Shown: one piece after another, positions 10,458 to 19,611 of the stretch
Numbering within the stretch: position 1 is the stretch's first letter
Layout of the letters: each line of letters begins with the position of its first letter
IMG/VR virus record: IMGVR_UViG_3300045996_001458
Span: 18,068 to 82,067 of that record
From: a virus
Length of the DNA stretch: 64,000 nucleotides
Reading direction: 5' to 3' (one strand)
Made by a program: the position numbers and the translations under genes
The notes under the pieces: model-generated
The model's database searches: none
The model's input: only the letters and a program-made list of their open reading frames with translations
Told to the model about the DNA's origin: nothing

Positions 10458-11233
10458 GCCGCATCCGCCCCCAACCACGACTGCACGTACACCGCGGTCG
10501 TGCCGAGAACGCGGGCGGCCTCCAGCGGGGTCAGCCCGTCGTTGACCAGCCGCACCGCCGCTTCGACCCGATCGGCTTTCGTGAGGTCGGCCGGTCGCTC
10601 ACCGGTCATGTACGCCTGAACCCGGTCTTCGTCGTAGCCGGTGAAGTTCGGGGTGGCGCGAGGGTCGTCGATCGCGCCGTCGCTCCACGCGGCGGGAGAG
10701 GGGTAGCCGCGTGACTCGGCGTAGATCCGCGCCCTGGCCGACGGGCCGGGCTCCCCGCCCAACTCCCGATAGAGGGTGGCCACCTTGTAGGCGAACCGGT
10801 ATGACACGCACGGCTTGGTCATCGTCGTCATCAACGACTTTCGGGTCGTCCCCAGCCGCCCGGCAACGACCTCAGTGGACCAGCCGAGCCGCATGAGTGC
10901 CTGCACCCTGCGCCGGGTTCCGGTCGCATCCATCCCACGTCGCGAGGCACGGCCCACCAGAGGGACCGACATGATGCCCCGGTGCGTGGACAGGCGGACC
11001 TTTTCCGGACGTCGGGAGAGGACGGAACTGGGGACAGTCTCGCCTACGCCGGCCGCTTCGGCGATCTGGTCCAGGGTCCAGCCGAGTGACTGCAACCGTT
11101 CGATGTGCTCGATCACGGGACCGGAGGGCCGGAAGCCCACGAGGCCCAACCGGGAGGCCTCGGCGTAGTCCGGGTTGCACAGTCCCCCGCGGTGTCGTGC
11201 CCGGAAGCAGCCGGGGCGGATGCAGGTGGTCAT
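10454..11233 (-). CDS. Multi-HTH DNA-binding protein
   Basis: GWTLDQIAEAAGV; RRVQALMRLGWS; GLTPLEAARVLG. Confidence 0.65.
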   Translation of the reverse strand: MTTCIRPGCFRARHRGGLCNPDYAEASRLGLVGFRPSGPVIEHIERLQSLGWTLDQIAEAAGVGETVPSSVLSRRPEKVRLSTHRGIMSVPLVGRASRRGMDATGTRRRVQALMRLGWSTEVVAGRLGTTRKSLMTTMTKPCVSYRFAYKVATLYRELGGEPGPSARARIYAESRGYPSPAAWSDGAIDDPRATPNFTGYDEDRVQAYMTGERPADLTKADRVEAAVRLVNDGLTPLEAARVLGTTAVYVQSWLGADAA

Positions 11234-11931
11234 GCCACACCGTCCAGTGGAGCCCGCACAGCCCGGGAGAACTTGACGACGTACTGCCCGGCCCGGGTTG
11301 CGAGCTGCGAGAGGGTGAGCGCGGTGCCTTCCTCTACGCCGAGTAACTCACGGTCGGAGTCTTCGAGCAGCCCCGCCACGTCGATATCCGACGCCGCATT
11401 GGCCCTCGCCGCCGCTTCCTTCCACAAGGCGGTGACGCCGTCCTTGGAGTCGACGTGCAGCCATTTCTTCGTGTACGTCGCGGCGATCACGTTCAGGTCG
11501 TTCGGCGAGGGCTGCTCGTCGGAAGGTGGTCGCCGCCGGGCAGCCTGCTCCACGTCCGGCAGCGGCGCGTCGAGTGCCTCCCGCTGGTTGCGGACGTCTT
11601 CCGCAGTGGACACACCGCGTTTAGTGTCGGCTGCCAGCGCGGCGACGATCGCCCTACCCCAGGCAGAGGTCTCGGCGTTCTGCAACTCCGACCCGCGGGT
11701 GAACCGAGTACGGCCGGGAAACGGCTCATACGCCATACCCACTCCGGGGCACAGGTCGTCAGGCGTGCGGTACGCCGCGGCGACCACGACGATGTAGGTC
11801 TGACCGGCCAACTCCTCGATCGCGTAGGGATTCGCCCGGTCGTTGGGCTGCAACGAGCCCTCCGGATACTTGGTGCGGAACTCGACGATGCGCTCGGCGA
11901 CGTCGACGTAGTCCATCTCGATGTCGCTCAC
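11230..11931 (-). CDS. Putative ssDNA-annealing/recombination protein; contains a TTA codon (11344-11346)
   Basis: DYVDVAERIVEF and NAETSAWGRAI motifs resemble phage SSAPs. Confidence 0.6.
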   Translation of the reverse strand: MSDIEMDYVDVAERIVEFRTKYPEGSLQPNDRANPYAIEELAGQTYIVVVAAAYRTPDDLCPGVGMAYEPFPGRTRFTRGSELQNAETSAWGRAIVAALAADTKRGVSTAEDVRNQREALDAPLPDVEQAARRRPPSDEQPSPNDLNVIAATYTKKWLHVDSKDGVTALWKEAAARANAASDIDVAGLLEDSDRELLGVEEGTALTLSQLATRAGQYVVKFSRAVRAPLDGVA

Positions 11932-12527
11932 TCCGAACCTCCGGCAGGCAGTGCCACGAGTTGGCCGTCGAGGTCGACCACGCCGGCCGCCCACATCTCT
12001 TCCACGATGTCCGCACCGCCGTCCTGAACGGTCACCCGCAAGGTCCCCTCCGGGGTGGACACGGTGAGCCCCGGCGGTGCCTTCTCCCCGACCTCACCGC
12101 CGAACCCCACCGGCTCTCCGGCGGCCTGCGACTTCAAGACCAACTCGTTGATGACGTAGTCGGGTACCTCGGTGACCTCGTCCAGCAGGAACGGGGCGTG
12201 CTCACGCAGGACTGCGATCACGTCGGCTTGCGACCCGATCACCACGGTCTTCGTCTCTGCCTTCCCGGGGTAGTTCGCCCGGACCCACATCTCCACCTCG
12301 CGGCGACTGTCCACCGTGGCGCGGTTCTTCGGCTTGGACTTGTTGACCTCGACGATTGCCTGCTCAGGGCAGGTCGGGTTGGACACAGTGCTGTTGTCGC
12401 CCTTGGCGAGGAGGCCGGCCACGACGTTGCGGGCATCCCGCTCGGCTTCGGTCACCCGGTTCTTCAGCACGGTGAGGACGCCGAGCTTCAGCAGGGCGGC
12501 GTCACGCGGGGACAGTTCGGCGTTCAC
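11928..12527 (-). CDS. Hypothetical phage protein
   Basis: Coupled ORF. Confidence 0.6.
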   Translation of the reverse strand: MNAELSPRDAALLKLGVLTVLKNRVTEAERDARNVVAGLLAKGDNSTVSNPTCPEQAIVEVNKSKPKNRATVDSRREVEMWVRANYPGKAETKTVVIGSQADVIAVLREHAPFLLDEVTEVPDYVINELVLKSQAAGEPVGFGGEVGEKAPPGLTVSTPEGTLRVTVQDGGADIVEEMWAAGVVDLDGQLVALPAGGSE

Positions 12528-12964
12528 GCCTTCACCTCTTCGGGGATAGTCCACGAGCCTGAGCACGTGGTGTCGGTCCTCTTGTCCGTGTGGTCGTAGG
12601 TACGTCCGATGGCGTCCAGACCGACCGGCCGCTCACACACCCGGCACGGATGGCGCTTGGTCTGCGACCGCCGCGACGGGAGCGGCGGGGAGGGGGCGAC
12701 CGGGGAGGCCTTGGCCATGCCGTCCCGGTCCCGCTTCGACAGGCCACCCCACACGCCGTGTTCCTGATCGGTGGCCAGTGCCCAGGCGCGGCATCCGTCC
12801 ATCACCCGGCACTCGGTCATGCAGATCGACTTGGCCCGGTCGATCTCCTCCGCGACGACGCTGTGCCACAGGTCCGGTTCGTGCCGTCCGCTTCCGCAGG
12901 CCGCCTTGGTGTCGATGCGCTCCAGCTCTTCGCGGACGGATCGCGGCGGGAGGGTGGCGGTCAT
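12524..12964 (-). CDS. whiB: WhiB-family transcriptional regulator
   Basis: C..C..CxxxxxC spacing plus HGVWGGLS. Confidence 0.9.
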   Translation of the reverse strand: MTATLPPRSVREELERIDTKAACGSGRHEPDLWHSVVAEEIDRAKSICMTECRVMDGCRAWALATDQEHGVWGGLSKRDRDGMAKASPVAPSPPLPSRRSQTKRHPCRVCERPVGLDAIGRTYDHTDKRTDTTCSGSWTIPEEVKA

Positions 12965-13774
12965 GGTCGTGGCACCTCCCTGGTCTCCGTCGGAGTGGCG
13001 GTCCAGGTGAGGCTGTACTCGCAACCCTCGCGGGGCTCGTCGTAGTCGCCCGGCCCGTGCACGACGACCTTCGTCGGTCGGCCGTCGCGGTCAGCGGTGA
13101 CATGCACCGTGACGCCACCGACGTTCATCCACCACGTGCAGTTGTCCATCTGCTCCACGTGCAGCCAGCGACCTACCACCAGCTCGTCGAACTCGGCGTT
13201 CGGGAACAGATGCCCGCGGTGGTGCTCCGTGTCCGCGCTGACGCTGCGGTTGCTGAAACTGTGCGTCGGGGTCTGCTCACCGTCGGTCCAGGTGTGCACG
13301 CGAACGGTCCACGGCGAACCGGGACGGCGGAGCCGTGGAGTCTTGACCGGAGCGCCGGAGGCCTCGGAGCGAAGCGACCCGGATCCCTCCCGTGTGGAGT
13401 CCCCAGAGAGGGAGAGCAACCCGGCGGTGGCGAGCTTGGTCACCACGTCGGCGGTGACGGCCTCGATTCCGGGGAACCTTCCGAGGCGTGACAGGAGGAC
13501 GTTGACGACGACACGGCTGGCGTCTTCGACAGCGCGCTGGACGACCGCCGGGACGGATGGGGTGTCGGGGGAAGCAGCGTCAGCGGTCACCGGGCACCGC
13601 CTCGGCGAGCGCGTGCGGCCTGGTTGAGGTCGGCCAGGTGCTTCCGCTGGTCGGCGCGGATGGAGATCCCGACGTCGGTCCACAGGCCCTTGACCTCTTT
13701 GCGCAGGCTGTGGACTTCGACGGCGAGGCCGACCATCAGGAGGAAGTTCGCGCAGGAGAAGATGAACAGTCCGG

Positions 13775-14317
13775 TCATGGCTGCTGGGTGTTCCTCTCAG
13801 TGGGGTCGGGCGGGACGACACCGTGCGCCTCAGGCCAGAGGTACGACGTGAGGTGACCCGGCAGGAACAGCGGATGGCCCGGCTGCCCGTCCTTGGTGAG
13901 GGCGAGCACGTGCAGGCGCACACCCGCACAGATCAGCGAACCGACCGTGCGTTGAACGTCCGCCATGTCGGCGTTGGCACCCCAGGCGCACACGGTCAGG
14001 GCGTCTTCCTTGGCGCGGTGAAGGTGGGTTGCGTTGTCCGGTCCGACCGGGTCTGCGTGCCGCTTCAGCGCCTTCGGGTCGCGGGAGCGCAGCGCATACA
14101 GGTTGCGGACGACGATGCCGCCGTAGCCCCACGCCTTGGCGTACCGGACGCACTTGCGGATGGTGGCGTCGTCGGCGTCCGCGTCGGCGGTCGAGGGGTT
14201 GAGCATGATCCAGCCGACGGCGGGCTCGGGTGCCCACGTGCGGCGCAGCTCGTAGCGGTAGGTACCGCAAGGGCTCAGGACAGCGCTGCTCGTCAGCCCG
14301 AACAGATCGGCGGCCAT
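13775..14317 (-). CDS. DUF1643 domain protein
   Basis: SPCGTYRYEL, IMLNPSTAD, DATIRKC, NLYALRS, CAWG, GHPL. Confidence 0.9.
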   Translation of the reverse strand: MAADLFGLTSSAVLSPCGTYRYELRRTWAPEPAVGWIMLNPSTADADADDATIRKCVRYAKAWGYGGIVVRNLYALRSRDPKALKRHADPVGPDNATHLHRAKEDALTVCAWGANADMADVQRTVGSLICAGVRLHVLALTKDGQPGHPLFLPGHLTSYLWPEAHGVVPPDPTERNTQQP

Positions 14318-14490
14318 CAAAGCTTCCCGCCTTTCTTGGTGGCGGACGGCGTCCGACGGGCTGCGTACGCCGCCATGCAGGCGTGTTCGTCGTCGCAGCC
14401 GTGGCGCTGCTCGCCGGTCGCGCCGGTGTAGTCGCGGCAGCCGCCTTGGCAGGGCTGCCCGCAGGTGTCGCAGACGTGGTCGGTGGGCAT
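14317..14490 (-). CDS. Small Cys-rich protein (57 aa; below the ORF-track cutoff)
   Basis: MPTDHVCDTCGQPCQGGC...; start and stop overlap both neighbours. Confidence 0.6.
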   Translation of the reverse strand: MPTDHVCDTCGQPCQGGCRDYTGATGEQRHGCDDEHACMAAYAARRTPSATKKGGKL

Positions 14491-14794
14491 CACGGCTTCC
14501 CGCCTTCCTGGGAGACACCGGATGGGCGCGGGTGACGGATCTCGTCGGCGGCGTCGATGAGCTTCAGGCGGACCAGCCCGAGACCGAGCTTCTGCGCCGC
14601 GCGGGCCTTGCGGTCCTCGGGCTTGACGATGGGCTTCTGGTCGATGCGCTGCTTCCAGGCGTCAAGCTCGGCGATTAGGACGTCCAGCACAGCCGCTGTC
14701 GCCTTGCGTGCGGCTTCGTCGGTGTGCCGGTCGTCGGGGGTGTGGTCGACCAGCGGGACGGCGGCGGCGTGGACGAGGCGGTCGGTGAAGGCGC

Positions 14795-15358
14795 TCACTG
14801 CTCCTCCTCGGGTGTCGGGTTGGCCGGAGCGGGGATGTCGAGGGTGATGCTCACTTCGAGCAGCGCAGGCGGGGCGGGCTCCTCCCACGAGGCGACGATC
14901 TGACCGACCGGGCAGTCCGATTCGCAGTCGAACTCCGCGTCGGTTCCGCAGTGCCCGCAGGGCCCGTAGGCGTGGTGCCGGGTCGGGTTGTGGGAGCGGC
15001 AGCCGCAGGTCTCGCCGTCGCGGTAGCGCCACTCGACGCGGGTCACCTCGTCGTCCACGTGCATCCGCTGCGCCTCGACGAAGAACCTGCGCACGAACTC
15101 GACCGGGAACATGCCGGGGAAGCCCTCGCGCGCGACGTCGTCGGCGGTGATCGCGGACAGTGGTTCGCGCCGGACGCTGACCACTTCGACATCCACGATC
15201 CGCACCAGCGGCTCACCCTTGCGGCGGCCCATGACCTTGCGGCACAACGTGAGGAAGTCACCCGGTTCGAGATTGGCCCAGCCCTTGCGGCGGGTGACGG
15301 TCTTGGAGCGGTCGCGGACCTGCTGCTCGGTGAACGAGACGGACATCAGGCGCGGCAT
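14795..15358 (-). CDS. ASCH-domain protein
   Basis: KTVTRRKGW...VRREPLSAITADDVAREGF. Confidence 0.8.
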   Translation of the reverse strand: MPRLMSVSFTEQQVRDRSKTVTRRKGWANLEPGDFLTLCRKVMGRRKGEPLVRIVDVEVVSVRREPLSAITADDVAREGFPGMFPVEFVRRFFVEAQRMHVDDEVTRVEWRYRDGETCGCRSHNPTRHHAYGPCGHCGTDAEFDCESDCPVGQIVASWEEPAPPALLEVSITLDIPAPANPTPEEEQ

Positions 15359-17407
15359 GTCAGGCCTCCCAGAACGTCTGGTCGTCCGGGGTCACCCGGA
15401 TCAGCAGGGCCAGCACCAACGGGATCAGCCCTGCGCCCACGGCGATGGCGATGATGGTGATGATCTGGTGTGCGGGCATCACGCCTCCTCGGATGGGATG
15501 GGGGTGTCTCCGTCCACAGCGGGAGCGGAGGGACGGGGCGCGTCGGTGCGGTTCCAGCCGCCGATGTCGTCGCCGTAGTCGTCGTCCTCGGCCGTGTCTT
15601 GGCCACGCGCGTACGGCGTGCCGCACAGCTCGTGCCGGATAGAGAACGGGGCTGCGGCGGCGGTGTGGTAGCCGCACTCGGCCATCGGCTCGGCCGGGGT
15701 CGCGGCGTCCTCGCGTGCGGCGAGACCGGCGAGGTCGGCGCGCGGGGCCCGCGGTGCGGCGGCGGCGAGTTCGTCGCCGATCCCCATGGAGTAGGTGGGG
15801 ATGTCCTCCAAGTCGCCCACGCTGTCGACGGTCAGGCCACGCGAGGTGAGCCACGCGACGAGCCCATTCCACGCGGCCGGGTGCACCAGGAGCGCGCGCA
15901 CCTCCCCGTCCGCTGCTGCGGGTGCCGGTCCCGCATTGGTCTGCATGTCGGCGACCGGAAACCGTTGGGGCACCGTTCCGGATGAGTCAGCTTGTGCGGG
16001 ATTGGTCTGCTCCGGTGCGGGTGCCGGGTCCGTGGTGGGAGTGGCCCCGGCGAGCTGGCGCAGCTTCCACGCCACGTCTACGGCCGGGACCGTGCCGGTG
16101 CGCCGGTTGAGGACGTTGGCCCACGTCAGCAGTTCGGCGCGGAGGGTGGAGTCGTTCACTGGTCGTCCCCCTCGGTGACATGGCTGTCCTGGGCGCGGTG
16201 CATGTAGCTCTGCAATTCGCGGGGCAGGTGCCGCCACCACAGGCGATGTGGCGAGTGCGCCGGACCGTCGGTGTGGCCGATGGAGGTAGCGGCGTAGGTC
16301 CACCCGAACGTCTCGCCGCACCCGCACGACACCGCGACCGTCGCGTCCCTGCCCCTCCCGCCGGGCCTGCCATCGGTGCGCGGCGGGTGGGCGTCGAACA
16401 CGTCACGGTGGCCGGGGCATAGGTGCAGGGCGAACGAGCCCGTGCACCGCTCCGAGTAGGTCAAGCCGGTGCGTCCGCGGCGTGCCGGGTAAGGGCTGGA
16501 CCGGTACGGCTCGATGTGGTCGGACGAGTCCAGCCGACGCCACCCTGTCGGCAGGATGATCGCGTCGTCGCGCAACTCGGCGTGGTCGCAGCGGAGCGCA
16601 TCGCAGAGGAAACGGTAGACGGACTGGACGGTCACCCCGTCACCCCCGGCCCAGAACCCGCGACGGCGAGAGTGACCCCGAGGTCGGCCAGCACGTGGCG
16701 TGCCATCTCTCGCAGCCGGTCGCGGTCCTCGTCCTCCAGCCACGTGTTCCAGCGCTTCTCCTGCCGCTCCGGGCTGGCCGCGCCGTCGCCGTACGGCGGC
16801 TCACCCTGGCGTCGGCCGTTCATGCGGAACAGCCAGCGCGCCAGCCGCTCCGCCGCGTCGTCGGGGATGGTGCGGGCACCGGCAGAGCGGGCACGTCGGG
16901 CGCTCGCGTGCAGTTCCTCGCACTCGGCGCGGAGGATGTTCATCGAGTGGAGGTGACGGTCGATCATCTCGCTGGCGGCTGCCCGACCTGCGGACACGCG
17001 TCTGGCCAGCCCCCGCGCCACCGACGACCACGCCTCCCGCTCGGCACGAACGGCGTTCAGGCTGGCGATCGTCTCGTCGTGGGTGCGGGCCTCGCCACGG
17101 TGCAAGTCGGCGAGCTTGTCCCGCTCGCGGCGGGCCCGGTCGAGGTCGGCGCGCAACCCCGCGATCCGCTCGTCGCGCTCCGCCTTGGCGTCGGCCAGCA
17201 TCAGCACGAACGCCTCGTGCCGAGAGGTGATCTCCCGCTCGATCGCGGGCACGACGTCTTCGAACACTCGCAAGACGGACAGCGCGTCGTCGTCATCCAC
17301 CAGGTCGGCCGCGATCAGCCGTCGCTCGAAGTCGCCGCCGATCGTGCGGCGGAGGTAGGCGCGCAGTGCTTCGGTGTCGGGGGCGGGCGACACGGGCTCG
17401 GGGGTGG

Positions 17408-17722
17408 TCACGATGCACGCTCCTCGGAGTAGGTGGGCTCGATCCACAGGTGCACCGCCACGTCGGCGGTGAACGCGCGCTCCATCTCGCGGCGGGTCTG
17501 CTCGCCCACGTAGTCGCCCTGCATCGCGCACGCCACCACCACGTCGGCCGCGTCGATGAGCTGGTACCAACGGTCCACGTGCAACTCGAACGCCACATCG
17601 TCGTCCCGCACCGGCTTGTGCACGGTGTAGCCCTCGGCGAGGTAGTGCCGTTCGGCGGCGTTCAGGGCGTCCACGGCGCGGGTGACCGAGCCGCACAGCA
17701 CGGCGGTCTTCTGCTCGGTCAT
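17408..17722 (-). CDS. Nucleoside 2-deoxyribosyltransferase-like small protein
   Basis: VLCGS...IDAADVVV...YVGEQTRREMERA pattern. Confidence 0.5.
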   Translation of the reverse strand: MTEQKTAVLCGSVTRAVDALNAAERHYLAEGYTVHKPVRDDDVAFELHVDRWYQLIDAADVVVACAMQGDYVGEQTRREMERAFTADVAVHLWIEPTYSEERAS

Positions 17723-18035
17723 CCCTGATCCCTGTAGGCGTCGTTGGTGGGCTCGACCCACAGCAGGCCGTTACGGGCGGCGCTGCCGGTCTCGCGGACT
17801 TGGTGAATGCGCACCGGCACGGCGGGCTTGCCCTGCCGGTCGAACTTCGCCTGGATCGTCAGCAGCCCGTTCGGGCGGTGCAGCGACGAGGTGGCGAACG
17901 CCTGCTTCATGGCGCGCTCGGCGATGAACACGGCGTCCGCGAAGTCCACCGCGCGCACGCCGGTGAACACCGTGACGGCCACGCGGTGCTCGACCAGCTC
18001 GCCGCCGCTGCCCGTGGGGTCCGGGGTGGAGGGGA

Positions 18036-18404
18036 TCACAGGGACACCTCCGTGGCGTCCGGCGCGATCGGGGACAGCGGCTCGCCAGCCGTGATCTGCT
18101 GCCGCCACTCGTAGGCCAGTTCGCCTGCGTACGAGTCGGTGAAGATGCCGTCCGGTCCCAACGCCCACGGCACCAGGCGGTCGGCAAGTTCCGGGTCGAG
18201 GCGGCGCAGGTTCTCCAGCAGGATGACGATGGTCGTGTGGTGGATGAACCACGCCTGACTCATCGACCGGGTCTGCTTTGACAGGTCGAGGTCCAGCATC
18301 GCCGCAAAGTTGGCCTGCGCGCGACCAAGGGCGTCGTCGATGAACGCGGCGGACGTTGTGCCGGCGTCTGTCGGCGTTGCCGCCGAGGGGATGGGGGTGG
18401 ACAT
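18036..18404 (-). CDS. Hypothetical protein (paralog of 8000-8332)
   Basis: Strong GAGGAG RBS; shared motifs with 8000-8332. Confidence 0.65.
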   Translation of the reverse strand: MSTPIPSAATPTDAGTTSAAFIDDALGRAQANFAAMLDLDLSKQTRSMSQAWFIHHTTIVILLENLRRLDPELADRLVPWALGPDGIFTDSYAGELAYEWRQQITAGEPLSPIAPDATEVSL

Positions 18405-18431
18405 GGGGGTCTCCTCAGGTCTGGTGGTCGG

Positions 18432-18505
18432 TGCCCCCGCCGGGGTTCGAACCCGGACGGGTCCGCTTTTAAGGCGGCTGCCTCTGCCGGTTGGGCTACG
18501 GGGGC
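18432..18505 (-). tRNA. tRNA-Leu(UAA), short variable arm, CCA not encoded
   Basis: Acceptor GCCCCCG/CGGGGGC, anticodon loop CT-TAA-AA, T-arm CCGGG-TTCGAAC-CCCGG. Confidence 0.92.
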
Positions 18506-18923
18506 GTTGGACGAACGAGCGGATTCGGTGGCGCGTCCGGACAGCCGACCGGGACACGCCCGGAGGGGATGCCGTAGTGGCGGCGTGCGGCGCACCAGTG
18601 CAGGCCGAACGCGTCCACGCCGCCGTCGACGTGGGCGAGGGCCGCGATCCCGGCGACAAGGACGTTGAACACCTCCCCGGTCTCGCCGGGCCGGTGCCCT
18701 CCGTGCTGGAGGATGTCGCCGTACTGACCGAGCACGGTGGCGGCGCGGGACGTGGTGGGCGGCCCGATGACGGCGACCGCGGACATCACCTGCTCCCGCA
18801 CCCCGGCGGTGTCGTCGATCCGCCCGCCGTCGGGATCGGTGAGCATGCGCAGCATCACCGCCGCCTGCAAGGCGGTGACGAGGTGCCCGGACCGGGCGGC
18901 GGGGCTCATAGAGGTCGGGTCGG

Positions 18924-19601
18924 TCATGCCGCCGGCTCTTCGTCGTCGTACCGGAAGACCCGCTTGTCCAGCCGGTACCTACCCGATGGCTTCTCGCCCT
19001 CGTGCCACAACTCCCGGAACCGGCCACGGGCGCGGGCGAGAAGCGATTTGAGCGTGCTCATCTCGATGTCCAAGGCGGCGGCGGTCGCCCGGTAGTCGTC
19101 CAACGCTCCCAGGGCTGCGAGCGCTTGCACTTGCCGGTCTGTGAGTTCGTCGAGGATCTGTCGCAGGGCGATGCGGTCGACCACCGCGGACTCACACGAT
19201 GAAGTGGTGCGGCACCACCCCGCCCAGTAGCGGGCGAACGCCGGCGACGATCCGGGACCAGCAGCACCACCGATGGTCTTGGCCTTGTAGTAGCCGTGAT
19301 GGTGGTAGTGGTCGCTGACCACCGCGTAGATGCCCAATTGCCCGGCGCGGACCAGGTCGTGGCGTGGCGGGGCGGTCTCACTGGCACAGAGGTGCTCGGC
19401 GATGGCGGAGTAGGCGATGTCGTAGCGCTCGTGCCAGTCCATGCCCATCGGGCCGACGGTGTGCACGGCGAGACGCGCGATGCCGTGAAGATCGCGGAGG
19501 CTGTAGCCCCAGGGTAGTTCGGAGCCGGCCGCGAACCGGTCGGCACGGACCGGGGTCGCGAACGTCGGTTCGCGCTCGGGGTAGTAGGTGCGGGCAACCA
19601 T
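18924..19601 (-). CDS. Sigma-70 region-4-containing (ECF-like) regulator
   Basis: LDELTDRQVQAL...YRATAAALDIEMSTLKSLLARARGRF. Confidence 0.7.
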   Translation of the reverse strand: MVARTYYPEREPTFATPVRADRFAAGSELPWGYSLRDLHGIARLAVHTVGPMGMDWHERYDIAYSAIAEHLCASETAPPRHDLVRAGQLGIYAVVSDHYHHHGYYKAKTIGGAAGPGSSPAFARYWAGWCRTTSSCESAVVDRIALRQILDELTDRQVQALAALGALDDYRATAAALDIEMSTLKSLLARARGRFRELWHEGEKPSGRYRLDKRVFRYDDEEPAA

Positions 19602-19611
19602 GGGGGTCTCC

